Shown: positions 19,760 to 29,987 of the stretch, piece by piece
How the letters are laid out: the number at the start of each line of letters is the position of its first letter
How positions within the stretch are numbered: position 1 is the stretch's first letter
Translations under genes and position numbers: made by a program
The notes under the pieces: model-generated
Told to the model about the DNA's origin: nothing
The model's input: only the letters and a program-made list of their open reading frames with translations
The model's database searches: none
Assembly (NCBI GenBank): GCA_963785725.1
Contig: CAWAWS010000026.1
Coordinates: 128,001-192,000 of the forward strand
DNA from: an uncultured delta proteobacterium
Lineage (GTDB): Bacteria; Myxococcota_A; Polyangia; Palsa-1104
DNA length: 64,000 nucleotides
Reading direction: 5' to 3'

Positions 19760-22459
19760 GTGTCGGAGACGAGAAATAGCTCGAATTCTGGTTTGATCGC
19801 GCTGCCGCCCGAAGCGCAGCTGTCGGTATCGGCGCCGCACAAGGTGACGATGCCGCTCATCGGCCGCGTGAACGAGCTGGCCGAGCTCGATGGCATCTTC
19901 GCGCGCGCCGTCGAATATCAGGCGCCGCAGCTCGTCACCGTCGTCGGCACGCAAGGCACGGGCAAGACGCGCCTCGTCGCCGAGTGGCTGAGCAAGCTGC
20001 TGGCGCGGCAAGCCGCCGGCACGGCCGGGCGACCGCGCGTCTATCGCGGTCGCGCCGTCGCCGGCTCGGGCAGCTACGCGCTCATCACCCGCCTGTTGCG
20101 CGACCGCTTCGCCATCGTCGAGGCCGAGGACGAGGCGCGACGACTGGATAAGGTGCGGACGCAGCTGGCCGGCGTCTTTGCCGACCGCCGCATGGCCGAG
20201 GTCATCCACTTCCTCGGCCGCTACCTCGACCTACACATCGGCGAGAATGCGTTCATTCGCGCCATCTCGCTGTCGGACGATCCGCGGCAGGAAGATCGCA
20301 TCGCGCGCACGGTCCTGCGTCGCTTCTTGGAGCTCGACGCCGAGCGCACGCCGCTCGTCTTGGCCTTCGACGACCTCCATCTGGCCGATGACGACTCGCT
20401 GACGCTCTTGTCGGAGCTGGCCGAAGGGCTGGTCGGCTCGTCGGTGTTGATGGTGGCGGCGGCGCGGCCGGAGCTGTTCATCCGTCGCCCCGGCTGGGGC
20501 ACCGGCGGCGCCGATCACACGCGCCTCGACCTCGCGCCGTTGACGAACGCCGACAGCGAGAAGCTCTTGCGCGGCCTGCTCGTGCGCGCCGAGCCGCTGC
20601 CGGTCGAGCTCATCGAGGACGCCTGCGAGCTGACGCGCGGCAATCCGTTCTTCATCGAAGAGTTGGTGCGCGTCTTTCACGCCAACGGCACGCTGACGGT
20701 GCAAGGCGACAAATGGCGCATCGATCCGGTGCGCGCGCTCGAGGCGACGCTGCCGATGAGCGTCGAAGAGGCGATTCAGGCGCGCATCGCGTCGCTGTCC
20801 AAGCAAGAGCGCGATCTGCTGGAGAAGGCGGCGACGCTGGGCAGCGTGTTCTGGCTGGGCGCGCTCGTCGTCCTACAGCGGCTCGACGCCGAAGCCGGTC
20901 CGCGGACGTTCTCGATCGAAGATCGCGCGCGCATCGAGGCCATGCTCGAGGAGCTGGTCGAGCGGGATTATCTGCTGAAAATGCCCGATTCGACGGTGCC
21001 GGGCGACGCCGAGTACATCTTCAAGCACAACTTGGAGCACGACCTGGTCTTGAAGCTCGTGCCCGCCGACCGCGCGCGCCGCTATTATCGCGCCGCCGCC
21101 GAGTGGCTGGAGACGCGGCTGCCCGAAGATGCCGACGAGCAGACCGGCGAGCAGGTCGAGCACCAGGCGACGCTTTACTCCAAAGGCGGCAACCGCGCGC
21201 GCGCCGCCGAGCGCTACATCGCGGCGGCGTCGAAGGCGCGCGATCGCTACGCCAACGAAGCCGCAGCCGATCTGTATGCGCGCGGCCTCGAGCACTTGGA
21301 GGCCGAGGATTTGTTGGCGCGCATCGAGCCGCTGCATGACTACGGCGACGTGCTGCAGCGACTCGGCCGCACCAAAGACGCGCTGGCCGCCTTCGAGCAC
21401 ATGCTGGAGGCGTCGTGGCGGCTCGATCACACGGCCAAAGCCGGCGCGGCGCACGGTCGCATCGCGCGCGCCTATCGGGCGCTCGGCGAATATGGCGAGG
21501 CCGAGGCGCACCTCGATCGCGCGCTCGTGCTCTTTCGCGCCGCCGGCGATGCGCGCGGCGTCGCCGGCGTCGAGGATGACCTCGGTCGCGTGGCCTTCTT
21601 GCGCGGCGCCTATCCGCAAGCGCTCGAGCGGCACAGCCACGCGCTCGATCTGCGCCGCGCGCTGGCGGGCGTGCCGTCGCCGTTCGCGCAGGCCGATCAA
21701 CGCTCGCTGGCGCTGTCGCTGCATAATCTGGCGCTCGTGCATCAGGCCTCGGGCGCGGAGGCGGAGGCGATGGCGCGCTTCTCCGAGGCGCTGGCGATTC
21801 GGCGCGAGATCGGCGATCGACCCGGCGTCGTCCAGTCGCTGCACGCGGTGGCGGCGGCGTGGCGCGATCGCGGCGACATCCAGCGCAGCTTCGACGTGCT
21901 CTCCGAAGGGCTCGTCCTCGCGCAGGAGATCGGCGATCGGCTGGAGCAGGCGGCGATCTTGACGCGCATGGGCGAGGCGCTCTTCAAGCTGCACCGCGAT
22001 CCCGAGGCGTCGCAGCATCTGTCGCGCGCGAGCGAGCTGGCGCAGTCGTTCGGCGATCGGCTGCTGCAGTCGGAGTCGTCGCGCATCCTGGCCGAGGTGC
22101 TGCTCGAGATGGGGGACCTCAAAGAGGCGCGTGACGAGGCGCGACGGGCGCTGGAGCTGGCCGAGAAAGTGGGCTCGCGCCCTTACGTCGGCATGGCCCA
22201 TCGCGTGCTCGGGACGATCTTGGGGCGCGGCGGCATCAGCGACGAGGACAAGGCCGACGCCGATCAGCACTTGCAGCAGTCGATCGAGATCTTGGGCGAG
22301 GTCGGCTACGAGAGCGAGCTCGGCCGTTCCTACCAGAGCTACGCCGACATCTTGAGCCATCGCGGCGACGACGACGGCGCGGCGACGCTGAGCGAGCGCG
22401 CCAACGAGATCAGCGATCGGCAAGGCCCGAAAGTCCCGCCCTTGTTCAATCCAAGCTAG
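19760..22459 (+). CDS. STAND-like AAA ATPase with C-terminal TPR array
   Basis: PLIGRVNEL, Walker A GTQGTGKTRL, Walker B FDDLHLAD, GNPFFIEEL, YIFKH, then TPRs. Start is GTG 19760 or ATG 19850. Confidence 0.88.
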   Translation: MSETRNSSNSGLIALPPEAQLSVSAPHKVTMPLIGRVNELAELDGIFARAVEYQAPQLVTVVGTQGTGKTRLVAEWLSKLLARQAAGTAGRPRVYRGRAVAGSGSYALITRLLRDRFAIVEAEDEARRLDKVRTQLAGVFADRRMAEVIHFLGRYLDLHIGENAFIRAISLSDDPRQEDRIARTVLRRFLELDAERTPLVLAFDDLHLADDDSLTLLSELAEGLVGSSVLMVAAARPELFIRRPGWGTGGADHTRLDLAPLTNADSEKLLRGLLVRAEPLPVELIEDACELTRGNPFFIEELVRVFHANGTLTVQGDKWRIDPVRALEATLPMSVEEAIQARIASLSKQERDLLEKAATLGSVFWLGALVVLQRLDAEAGPRTFSIEDRARIEAMLEELVERDYLLKMPDSTVPGDAEYIFKHNLEHDLVLKLVPADRARRYYRAAAEWLETRLPEDADEQTGEQVEHQATLYSKGGNRARAAERYIAAASKARDRYANEAAADLYARGLEHLEAEDLLARIEPLHDYGDVLQRLGRTKDALAAFEHMLEASWRLDHTAKAGAAHGRIARAYRALGEYGEAEAHLDRALVLFRAAGDARGVAGVEDDLGRVAFLRGAYPQALERHSHALDLRRALAGVPSPFAQADQRSLALSLHNLALVHQASGAEAEAMARFSEALAIRREIGDRPGVVQSLHAVAAAWRDRGDIQRSFDVLSEGLVLAQEIGDRLEQAAILTRMGEALFKLHRDPEASQHLSRASELAQSFGDRLLQSESSRILAEVLLEMGDLKEARDEARRALELAEKVGSRPYVGMAHRVLGTILGRGGISDEDKADADQHLQQSIEILGEVGYESELGRSYQSYADILSHRGDDDGAATLSERANEISDRQGPKVPPLFNPS

Positions 22460-22556
22460 CGCGTGATCGCGGTCATGCCGCGGGGAGCCCCAAAGGGCCG
22501 CCTCACGCCGTTGGGGATGCAGGATCGGGCGCGCTGATTTAGACTGCCAGCGAGCC

Positions 22557-23993
22557 ATGGCCGAACACGAGACCACCGCCGGCGAAGCGACCGCGCCGCT
22601 GCCGGTTCCCGACGATGTCGTCGATCTGTGCAAGAAGCTGCGTCACGCCGGCCACGAAGCCTGGCTCGTCGGCGGCGCCGTGCGCGATCTGCTGCGCGGC
22701 CTGCCCGCCAAGGACTACGACGTCGCGACGTCGGCCAAGCCGAGCGAGGTCAGCGCCGTTTTCGGCAAGAAACGGACGATTCCGACGGGCGAGAAGCATG
22801 GCACCGTCACCGTCTTGACCGAGCGCGACGGCGAAAAGGCGCAGGTCGAGGTCACGACCTACCGCGGCGAGGGCGCCTACAGCGACGGGCGGCGACCGGA
22901 CGCCATCACCTTCGTCAATTCGCTCGACGAGGACTTGAAGCGCCGCGACTTTACGATGAACGCCATCGCCTACGATCCGTTGGCCGTGCGGCTGGCCGAT
23001 CCCTATGGCGGACGGCGCGATCTGGCCGACCGGCGCATCCGCGCCGTCGGCGAGCCGCTCGAGCGTTTTCGCGAGGACGGCCTGCGCGCGATGCGGGCGG
23101 TGCGCTTCGCGGCGCAGCATGAGTTCGCGATCGATCCGCCCACCGAGCTCGCCATTGCGCAGGCGCTCGACGTCTTTGCCAAAGTGTCGGCCGAGCGCGT
23201 GCGCGACGAGCTGCTCAAGATCCTCCTGTCGCGGCGACCGTCGATCGGGCTCGAGCTCATGCGCACGACGGGCCTCCTCGGACGCACGATTCCCGAGCTG
23301 CTCGAAGGCGTCGGCTTCCATCAGAACCGCCACCACGCGCACGACGTCTGGGGCCACACGCTCGCCGCCGTCGACGCGACGACGCTCGGCGGCGATCCGC
23401 CGTGGCTCGTGCGCTTCGCGGCGCTCATGCACGACGTGGCCAAGCCGCGCACCGCCGGCGACAAGCCGGACGCGCCGGGCGAGCGCACGTTCTATCGTCA
23501 CGAGCATGTCGGCGCCGGCATGGCCGACGACATCACGCGCCGCCTCAAGCTGTCGGTCAAAGAGCGCGAGACCATCGTCAACTTGGTTGGCAACCACATG
23601 TTCTGGTACTCCGCCGAGTGGAGCGACGGCACCGTGCGCCGCTTCATCAGCCGCGTCGGCTCGGACCAGCTCGAAGGGCTGTTCGCGCTGCGCGAAGGCG
23701 ACGTGCGCGCCCGCGGTCGCGGCGAGAGCCCCGGCGTCGAGTTGGACGAGCTCAAGGCGCGCATCGCCGCCGAGATCGCCAAGTCGTCGGCGCTCAGCAT
23801 CGGCGACCTGGCCGTCGGTGGCGCCGACGTCATGGAGGTGCTCGGCGTGCCGCCCGGCCGCGTCATCGGCGACGTCCTGCGGCGCCTGCTCGAGCGCGTC
23901 CTCGACGACGATTCGCTCAACGACAAGGCGACGCTGCGGGCGATGATTCCGGCGGCGGCGGCGGAAGCGGGCGTTCCCGGCGCCAAGGCGTGA
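22557..23993 (+). CDS. cca: CCA tRNA nucleotidyltransferase with HD domain
   Basis: VGGAVRD, DYD, flexible loop EGAYSDGRRPD, RRDFTMNA, EDGLR, HDVAKP; no poly(A)-polymerase G[RK][RK]F signature. Confidence 0.88.
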   Translation: MAEHETTAGEATAPLPVPDDVVDLCKKLRHAGHEAWLVGGAVRDLLRGLPAKDYDVATSAKPSEVSAVFGKKRTIPTGEKHGTVTVLTERDGEKAQVEVTTYRGEGAYSDGRRPDAITFVNSLDEDLKRRDFTMNAIAYDPLAVRLADPYGGRRDLADRRIRAVGEPLERFREDGLRAMRAVRFAAQHEFAIDPPTELAIAQALDVFAKVSAERVRDELLKILLSRRPSIGLELMRTTGLLGRTIPELLEGVGFHQNRHHAHDVWGHTLAAVDATTLGGDPPWLVRFAALMHDVAKPRTAGDKPDAPGERTFYRHEHVGAGMADDITRRLKLSVKERETIVNLVGNHMFWYSAEWSDGTVRRFISRVGSDQLEGLFALREGDVRARGRGESPGVELDELKARIAAEIAKSSALSIGDLAVGGADVMEVLGVPPGRVIGDVLRRLLERVLDDDSLNDKATLRAMIPAAAAEAGVPGAKA

Positions 23994-25884
23994 ACGGCCC
24001 GCGCGACGACTCGGCCGACGGCGACGACGTCGCGCGCGCGCTCGCGGCCGCCGGCGACGTCGAGCGCTTCTTGTCCGCCGCCGGCGACGTCGAGCATTTC
24101 TCGGCCGAGCCGGTGCCGCGCGCGCTGCTCGAAGGTATCGTCGACGCCGCCACCGCCTGGCGTCCGCCGCGTTTTCAACAGCCGCCCGCGCGCGTGCTCA
24201 TCGTCGTCGGCGACGAGCGCGAGCGGCTGATCGCGCGGCTCTCGGAGGCGCTCGGCCGTCATTGGGGCACCGGCAGCGCGCCGCGCGGCCTCGGTCCCGC
24301 GTCGGTGCTGGCGGCGCCGGCGCTGGTGCTCGTGTTCTCGACCGGCTTGCCGTCGGAGGGCAACGAAGCCTTCGGCGTCGTCGCCGCCGCCGTGCAAAAC
24401 CTGGTGCTGATGGCGACGGCGGCCGGCCTCGGCAGCCATCGCATCGCCGCCGCGCATGCCGTGTCCGAAGCCGCGCTCGACTACGCCGCCGAGTTTCTCG
24501 GTCCGCAGGTGCGTGGCGGCGATCTGGCAACTTTGTTGGCGGTCGGCTGGCCCGAAGGCGAAGCGCCGCCGCGCGTGCCGCTCGCTCGGCGTGCGTCCGG
24601 TGTGGGCCGGCGCCGGTCCGCCGCTCGACGAGATGCCGTCGACGCCGTCCGACGACTTGCGCCCGCCCGCCGAAGTCTTGCGCGCCCGCGAACGCGAGCG
24701 GGTCATGGTCGTCGATCCGTATCCCTACAACCGCGCGAACTTGGAGGCGCAGCTCGTCCGCGCCGGCTACGAAGTCGAGGTGTTCTCCGACGGCACGTCG
24801 CTGTGGGCGCGCGTGCAGGCGAGCGGTCCGCCGGCGCTGTACATCGTGTCCGACACGCTGCCGGACACGCACGGCTTCGAGCTGGTGCGCCGGCTGACCG
24901 GCGGCGGCCAAGACAAGCGCGCGCCGGTGATGGTCACGGCGGCGCGGCGCGACTCGGCGTTTCGCGTGGCCGGCTTGGCCGCCGGCGTCGACTATTATCT
25001 GCGTAAGCCGGTCAACGGCGTCGAGCTGTTCACGGCCGCGCGCATCCTGCTCGATCGCCATCGGCTCGTCGAGGATCTGCGTCGCGCCAACAGCGAGCTC
25101 GAGCGGCTGCTCGTCGAATTGCGGGCGACCCAAGCGCGGCTCGTGCAGCACGCCAAGATGGCCGCGCTCGGGCAACTCGTCGCCGGCGTCGCGCACGAGA
25201 TCAACACGCCGCTGGCCGCCGTCGTGAACAACAACGATCTGTTCCTGCGCATCTTTGCGCGCATGCGGCAAGGGCGCATCGAAGAGCGCGACCTGGCCGC
25301 GATCGAGGACCTGTCGAAGGTGACGCGGCTGGCCTGCGCGCGCATGAGCGACATCGTGCGCACGCTGCGGACGTTCGCGCGGCTCGACGAGGCCGACGTC
25401 AAATCGGTCGATCTGCGCGAGGGCCTCGAGTCGACGCTGGTGCTCATCGCGCACCTGACCAAGAGCGGCATCGCCGTCGAGCGTCGTTACGGCGAGCTGC
25501 CGCGCGTCGAATGCCACCCGAACCAGATCAACCAAGTGTTCATGAACTTGTGCGTCAACGCCTGCCAGGCGATGGGCGAGCGCGGCACGCTGACGATCAC
25601 GACGCGCGTCGTCGACGAAGGCGCCGTCGAAGTGCGCATCCGCGACACCGGCGCCGGCATCGCCGCAAGACAAATTGCCGCGCATCTTCGATCCCGGCTT
25701 TACGACCAAGGGCGCGCTCTTCGGCACCGGTCTCGGCTTGTCGATCGTCTACCAGATCGTCGTCGACGGCCACGGCGGCGAAATCGCCGTCGAGAGCGAG
25801 CCCGGCGCCGGCACCGAGTTCGCCGTCAAGCTGCCCATTCACCACCTGCGCGACGTCAGCGGCCGCCAACTCTGGTCACGCTGA
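23990..25884 (+). CDS. Nitroreductase-like domain / atypical receiver / histidine kinase fusion (frameshifts near 24585 and 25670)
   Basis: GTG at 23990 overlaps the cca TGA; FSAEPVP, AAVQNLVLMATAAGLGS, LAVGWP; receiver ending YYLRKP; H-box VAHEINTP; NQVFMNLCVNA, DTGAG, and FTTK/GTGLGL in a third frame. Confidence 0.72.
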
Positions 25885-25958
25885 CGCGCTACGCGGCCCC
25901 GTTCGTTTACGGTCGGATGCGAGCCTGCCGGCAGAAGGCGATCCGGCCGTAAAGCGGC

Positions 25959-26756
25959 TCAGGGAAACTGCAAGGTCAGCCGCGGCGGCGTCAGGAGTCG
26001 TCGCGCGTCGCGCAGGCGGTCGGCGTCCATGGCGATGATGAACCAGCCGGGCAGCGGCCCGTCGACGGCGTGCGGCGGGCCGACCAGGCGCACTTGGCCG
26101 CGCGAGGCCTGCACGGTCCAGCGATAGTCGACGCGCGCGACCGGCCGATGCAGCGTCTCGTGCTGCGGATCGGCCGCGCGGCAATAGGTCGTGTAGCTCG
26201 ACGCGACGGGCTCGGTGCAGCTCGGCTTGCCGCTCGGTCCGACGGCACAGACGAGCGTGCGCGCTTCGCATTCGTACCACTCCTCGAAGCGCGGATACTT
26301 CAGCCACGGCATCTTCCCGGGACACGTCCAGTGCACGAAGGTCCCGCGCACGACCACAGCCGCGTCGTCGGTGCCGGCGATGTCGTCGATCTCCGAGTCG
26401 TAGCGACCGCCGTTGTTCAAGAAGGACTGCAGCGCGGGCAGCTGCTGCCAGTCGGGCAGCCACCAGCCGGCGTTGGTGCGCAGCGTGAAGTCACAGGCGC
26501 CGCGCCATTGAATCACGCGCGCCTCTTGGAACGGCGACGCGACCAAGGGCGCGACACGGCCGGCGCCACAGCTGTGCGGCGGCGTCGTGCAGACCGAGCG
26601 ATCGACCTCGGGCCCGTCGCCGAGCACGGCGCGACAGAGCGCGTCGAGCGTGGCGTAGGGCCCGACCATTGGCAGCGCCACGAGCGTATCGCGCGCCGGC
26701 TCGGCCAAGCTCGGCAGCGGCAGAGCGATCGCGAGCACGAAGAGGAAGCGGCGCAT
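25959..26756 (-). CDS. Secreted Cys-rich hypothetical protein
   Basis: Signal peptide MRRFLFVLAIALPLPSLA; 9 Cys; protein-like composition; fills the gap between neighbours. Confidence 0.7.
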   Translation of the reverse strand: MRRFLFVLAIALPLPSLAEPARDTLVALPMVGPYATLDALCRAVLGDGPEVDRSVCTTPPHSCGAGRVAPLVASPFQEARVIQWRGACDFTLRTNAGWWLPDWQQLPALQSFLNNGGRYDSEIDDIAGTDDAAVVVRGTFVHWTCPGKMPWLKYPRFEEWYECEARTLVCAVGPSGKPSCTEPVASSYTTYCRAADPQHETLHRPVARVDYRWTVQASRGQVRLVGPPHAVDGPLPGWFIIAMDADRLRDARRLLTPPRLTLQFP

Positions 26757-26825
26757 GCTGACTCAACATACGAACGCCATCAGCCACGCCTTCCTCGGCC
26801 GCGTCATCGTCGGCGCGCGGGCGAG

Positions 26826-28424
26826 CTACGTCGCGCGGCGGCCGAGCTCGCCCGTCGCCGACAGCACCGCCGGCTCGGCGCCGACGTAGAGCTCGAGCTC
26901 GAACGTCACGTCTTCGTCGGCCGCGCACGACGCCACCTTGAGCAAGAGCTCGGCGACGGCGCGCTGGTCGGCCGCGCGCCGCGCCGGAGTCGCCGCCGCC
27001 AAGGTCGCCGCGTCGGCGCGCGTCAGCGGCAAGAGCGCGCAGGCCGTGCCGATGCGCAGCGTGAGGCCGAGCCCTTTTTCGGGCGTGATCTTCACCTTCA
27101 CGCGCGGCGCTTCGGGGAAACGCTCGCGCACCATCACCGACGGCATCGGCTCCGTCGCGTCGAACGACTGCAAGAGCAGCGCGGCCAAGCGGCGCACGTC
27201 GGCCATCGTCTCGGCCACGCGCTCCTCGGTCGGCGTCGCCAAGATGCAGGGCACACCAATCTGCTTGGCCAGCTTGGTCGCGCCCGTCGGCGTGTTCGTC
27301 GGCGCCTGCCGCGTCACCCGCGCGCCGTAAGCCTTCAACAGGCGCTTGGCGTCGTGATCGGCGAGCGCGCCTTCGGACTCGCCGCGCACGCGACCCGCCA
27401 GCTCCTTGTCGGCGCGCGTGCGCACGCGGCCGCTCTCGGGCTCGACCGGGGGCGCCGCCAACGCCGACAAGAGCGCGCGCAGATGCTCGGGGTGGCGCAG
27501 ATCGGCGCTCAACAGCTGCACGCCGTCGACCTGCGGCACGAGCGGCTGCGGCGGCCCCACCGGCGACGAGGACGATAGGACGCGAGGCCGAGGCCGCGGC
27601 CGCCACCGCCGCGTCCAGCTCTTCGGGCGCGCGCTCGTCGACGCCGACCACCTGCGGCCACGAGACCGACGGCGCGCACCTCGTCCTCGACATAGGCGCG
27701 TCCGCCGCCGACGACGACGACTTGCACGGCCGCGCCCGGCGTCACGCCGGCGTCGAACAGCTGCACGTGCGCCAGGAACGACGAGAGGCCGCCGGGTCCT
27801 TCGACGACGACGGCGCCGGCGCGACGGGCCACGGCGCGACAGAGCGCGTCGCCGCCCCAAACCACCGCCGGCTTGGCGCCGAGCACCGCACGCAGCGACG
27901 CGCCTTGGCGCCGGCGCCGAGGACGAGCCCGATCGACGCCGTCATGACGTCGGCGTGCAGGAAGGCCAGCGCTTCGGCCGGATCGCCGTCACCGACCGAG
28001 ACAATCCACGACAGGCCGAGCCCGCGCGCCAACGCCAGCGGAGCCAAGATCGGGCAGCGCGTCGCGCGTGGGCACGACCAGCGCCACGCCGCCGGCGCGC
28101 GGCAGCGACGGCAAGCGGCGCATCGAACGGCGCCACCTGCCCGCGCACGTTGACGAAGCCGAAGCTGCGCGGACCGAGCGTGCCGGCGAAGCTGCCCAAG
28201 CCCACCGACGGCGCGTCCTCGGGCGGACGGGCGCTGCCGACCCAGGCCGCGGCATCGGCGGCGATGGCGCCGCCGTGCAGCGCCAAGTTGCGCGCCACGC
28301 GATCGCTCGACGCGCCCAGGCGAAATTCGCGCGCCGTGAGCAGCGCATACAGCGGCGTGTCGGTCGGGCCGCGCGTCGGCGGCTGCGGCTTCTCGCTCGC
28401 GCCCGGGCGACGAGCGCGCGCCAC
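26826..28424 (-). CDS. Divergent acyl-CoA synthetase (NDP-forming)/acetate-CoA ligase-like protein, multiple frameshifts
   Basis: Fragments in successive frames: LGPRSFGFVN, RGLGLSWIVSVGD...AFLHAD, and ATP-grasp-like LADHDAKRLLKAYGARVTRQ...IGVP, LLPLTRADAATL. Confidence 0.6.
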
Positions 28425-29123
28425 TCAGCCGTCCCCTTTGCGCGGCGTCCGTGACGGCAGGAGCCCATCGGCGCGCAGCCGAGCCACGAGCGCCGCCGCG
28501 TTCGGCAGCACCAGCGGCGGCGACGGCGGATGCATGCCCGGCGCGGCCGCCGGCGCAAAGCGGCGGCGATAGGCCAGCTCGGCCGCGCTCATCCCGACCT
28601 TCGACAGCGTCCAGCTCTCGATCTCGGCGATGGCCGCGCCCTCATGCAGCGCCGGCGGTGTGGCGTCGTCGACGATGAGGCAGATGAGCGCCGGCGGCGG
28701 GCTCGCCAGCGTGCGCACGAGCGAGCGACTGCGCCGTTGCACGCGCAGCTTGCCTTCGTGAGCGGCGACCGACAGCGCCTGACCGAGCAGCGGCAGGCCC
28801 AAGCGCTCGGCCACGGCCGGTCCGACGCAGTTGCGCCCGCGATCGCCCGCGAAGATGACCGTCGGTGTCGCGCTCGGATCGCCGACAATCGCGCGCACGG
28901 CCGCCGCCAAGACATAGGCGACGCCCAAATAATCGGCGGCGTCGAGCGAGGGATCCCACACGCGCACGAGCCGCGCGGCGCCGGCCGCTTTGGCCGCCGT
29001 CATGAGCGCGCGCGTCGCGTCGTCGTCGGCCGTGGCGGCGAGCGCCGTCGTCTCGCCCAGCGCCGCTGCCGCGCGCACGAGCGGCAGATCGGCGGCGCGC
29101 CGCAAAAGGACGACCGCGCGCAT
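28425..29123 (-). CDS. Divergent electron transfer flavoprotein beta-subunit-like protein
   Basis: AAGAARLVRVWD...DYLGVAYVLAAAV, VIFAG...VGPAVAERLGLP; translationally coupled to the ETF-alpha-like gene. Confidence 0.72.
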   Translation of the reverse strand: MRAVVLLRRAADLPLVRAAAALGETTALAATADDDATRALMTAAKAAGAARLVRVWDPSLDAADYLGVAYVLAAAVRAIVGDPSATPTVIFAGDRGRNCVGPAVAERLGLPLLGQALSVAAHEGKLRVQRRSRSLVRTLASPPPALICLIVDDATPPALHEGAAIAEIESWTLSKVGMSAAELAYRRRFAPAAAPGMHPPSPPLVLPNAAALVARLRADGLLPSRTPRKGDG

Positions 29124-29983
29124 CAGCCGTCCTCGCGCAGGAGACGCGTGCATTCGCGCGCCAACGTCGCCGCGTCGCCGCTGACGACGTAGTCGACCTC
29201 GGAGTCGCCGTCGCCGAGGCGCACGCGGCGTTCGGCGGCGGGGCAGGGCGGTCCGACGGTGACGTGGAGGCGCGCCGCCGTCGCGTGCACGTCGTCGCCG
29301 GCGCCGGCCACACCGCCGAGCGCGGCCGCCAGCTCGACGGCCCACGGCTCGGCGCCGCCGTCGGACACGACGAGCGCCGCCGGCCGCGCCTCGGCGACGA
29401 CCGCCAGCTCCTCGAAGTCGGGCGATCTCCCGATCGTGGCCACGACCTCCACTTCCGCTTCATCATCGCCGGCAGCGACGGCATAGCGACCCGCCGGCAC
29501 CGTGGCGACGACCGCGAACTCCAGATCGCCGTCGAGCGCGCGGGCGTCGGCGCCGTCGCCTTCACCGAGCTGCAGCTGCCCGTCTTTGGCGTCGATCCAT
29601 GCGCGAGACAGAAACGCCGCGCCCATGCGTGCCGCCGCGCGCGCCGCCACCTCACGCGCCGCCGGCGTCAGGCCGAACAAGAGCAGCGACGGCGACAGCT
29701 GATCGCACACGGCCGACAACGGCGCGCCATGCGTGCCCCAGCGCAGCTCCTCGCAGTCGACGAGCGCCTCGGCCGTCGCCAGGATCACCTTGTCGGCGCC
29801 GTGCTTGGCCAGCTGCGCCACGAGATCGTCCTCGCTCCACGTCGGCGCTTTCGGCAGCGCGACGACGGCATACAACGTCGCGCCCAGCTCGCTGGCGATG
29901 CGCCGGCCTTGACCCAACACCTCGAGCGACACCGGCAGCGCGCGGCCATTGAACAGCTCGATCACGCACAACACATTGGCCAC
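29123..29983 (-). CDS. Divergent electron transfer flavoprotein alpha-subunit-like protein
   Basis: N-terminal domain is typical (VSLEVLGQGRRIA, HGADKVI, LLLFG...AREVAARAAARMGA); C-terminal FAD domain is eroded. Confidence 0.75.
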   Translation of the reverse strand: MANVLCVIELFNGRALPVSLEVLGQGRRIASELGATLYAVVALPKAPTWSEDDLVAQLAKHGADKVILATAEALVDCEELRWGTHGAPLSAVCDQLSPSLLLFGLTPAAREVAARAAARMGAAFLSRAWIDAKDGQLQLGEGDGADARALDGDLEFAVVATVPAGRYAVAAGDDEAEVEVVATIGRSPDFEELAVVAEARPAALVVSDGGAEPWAVELAAALGGVAGAGDDVHATAARLHVTVGPPCPAAERRVRLGDGDSEVDYVVSGDAATLARECTRLLREDG

Positions 29984-29987
29984 TGAC

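Noticed and set aside
22557..23993. Nucleotidyltransferase-HD gene as a defence or signalling enzyme
   Set aside because: It has all standard class II CCA-adding motifs, including the flexible loop; housekeeping.
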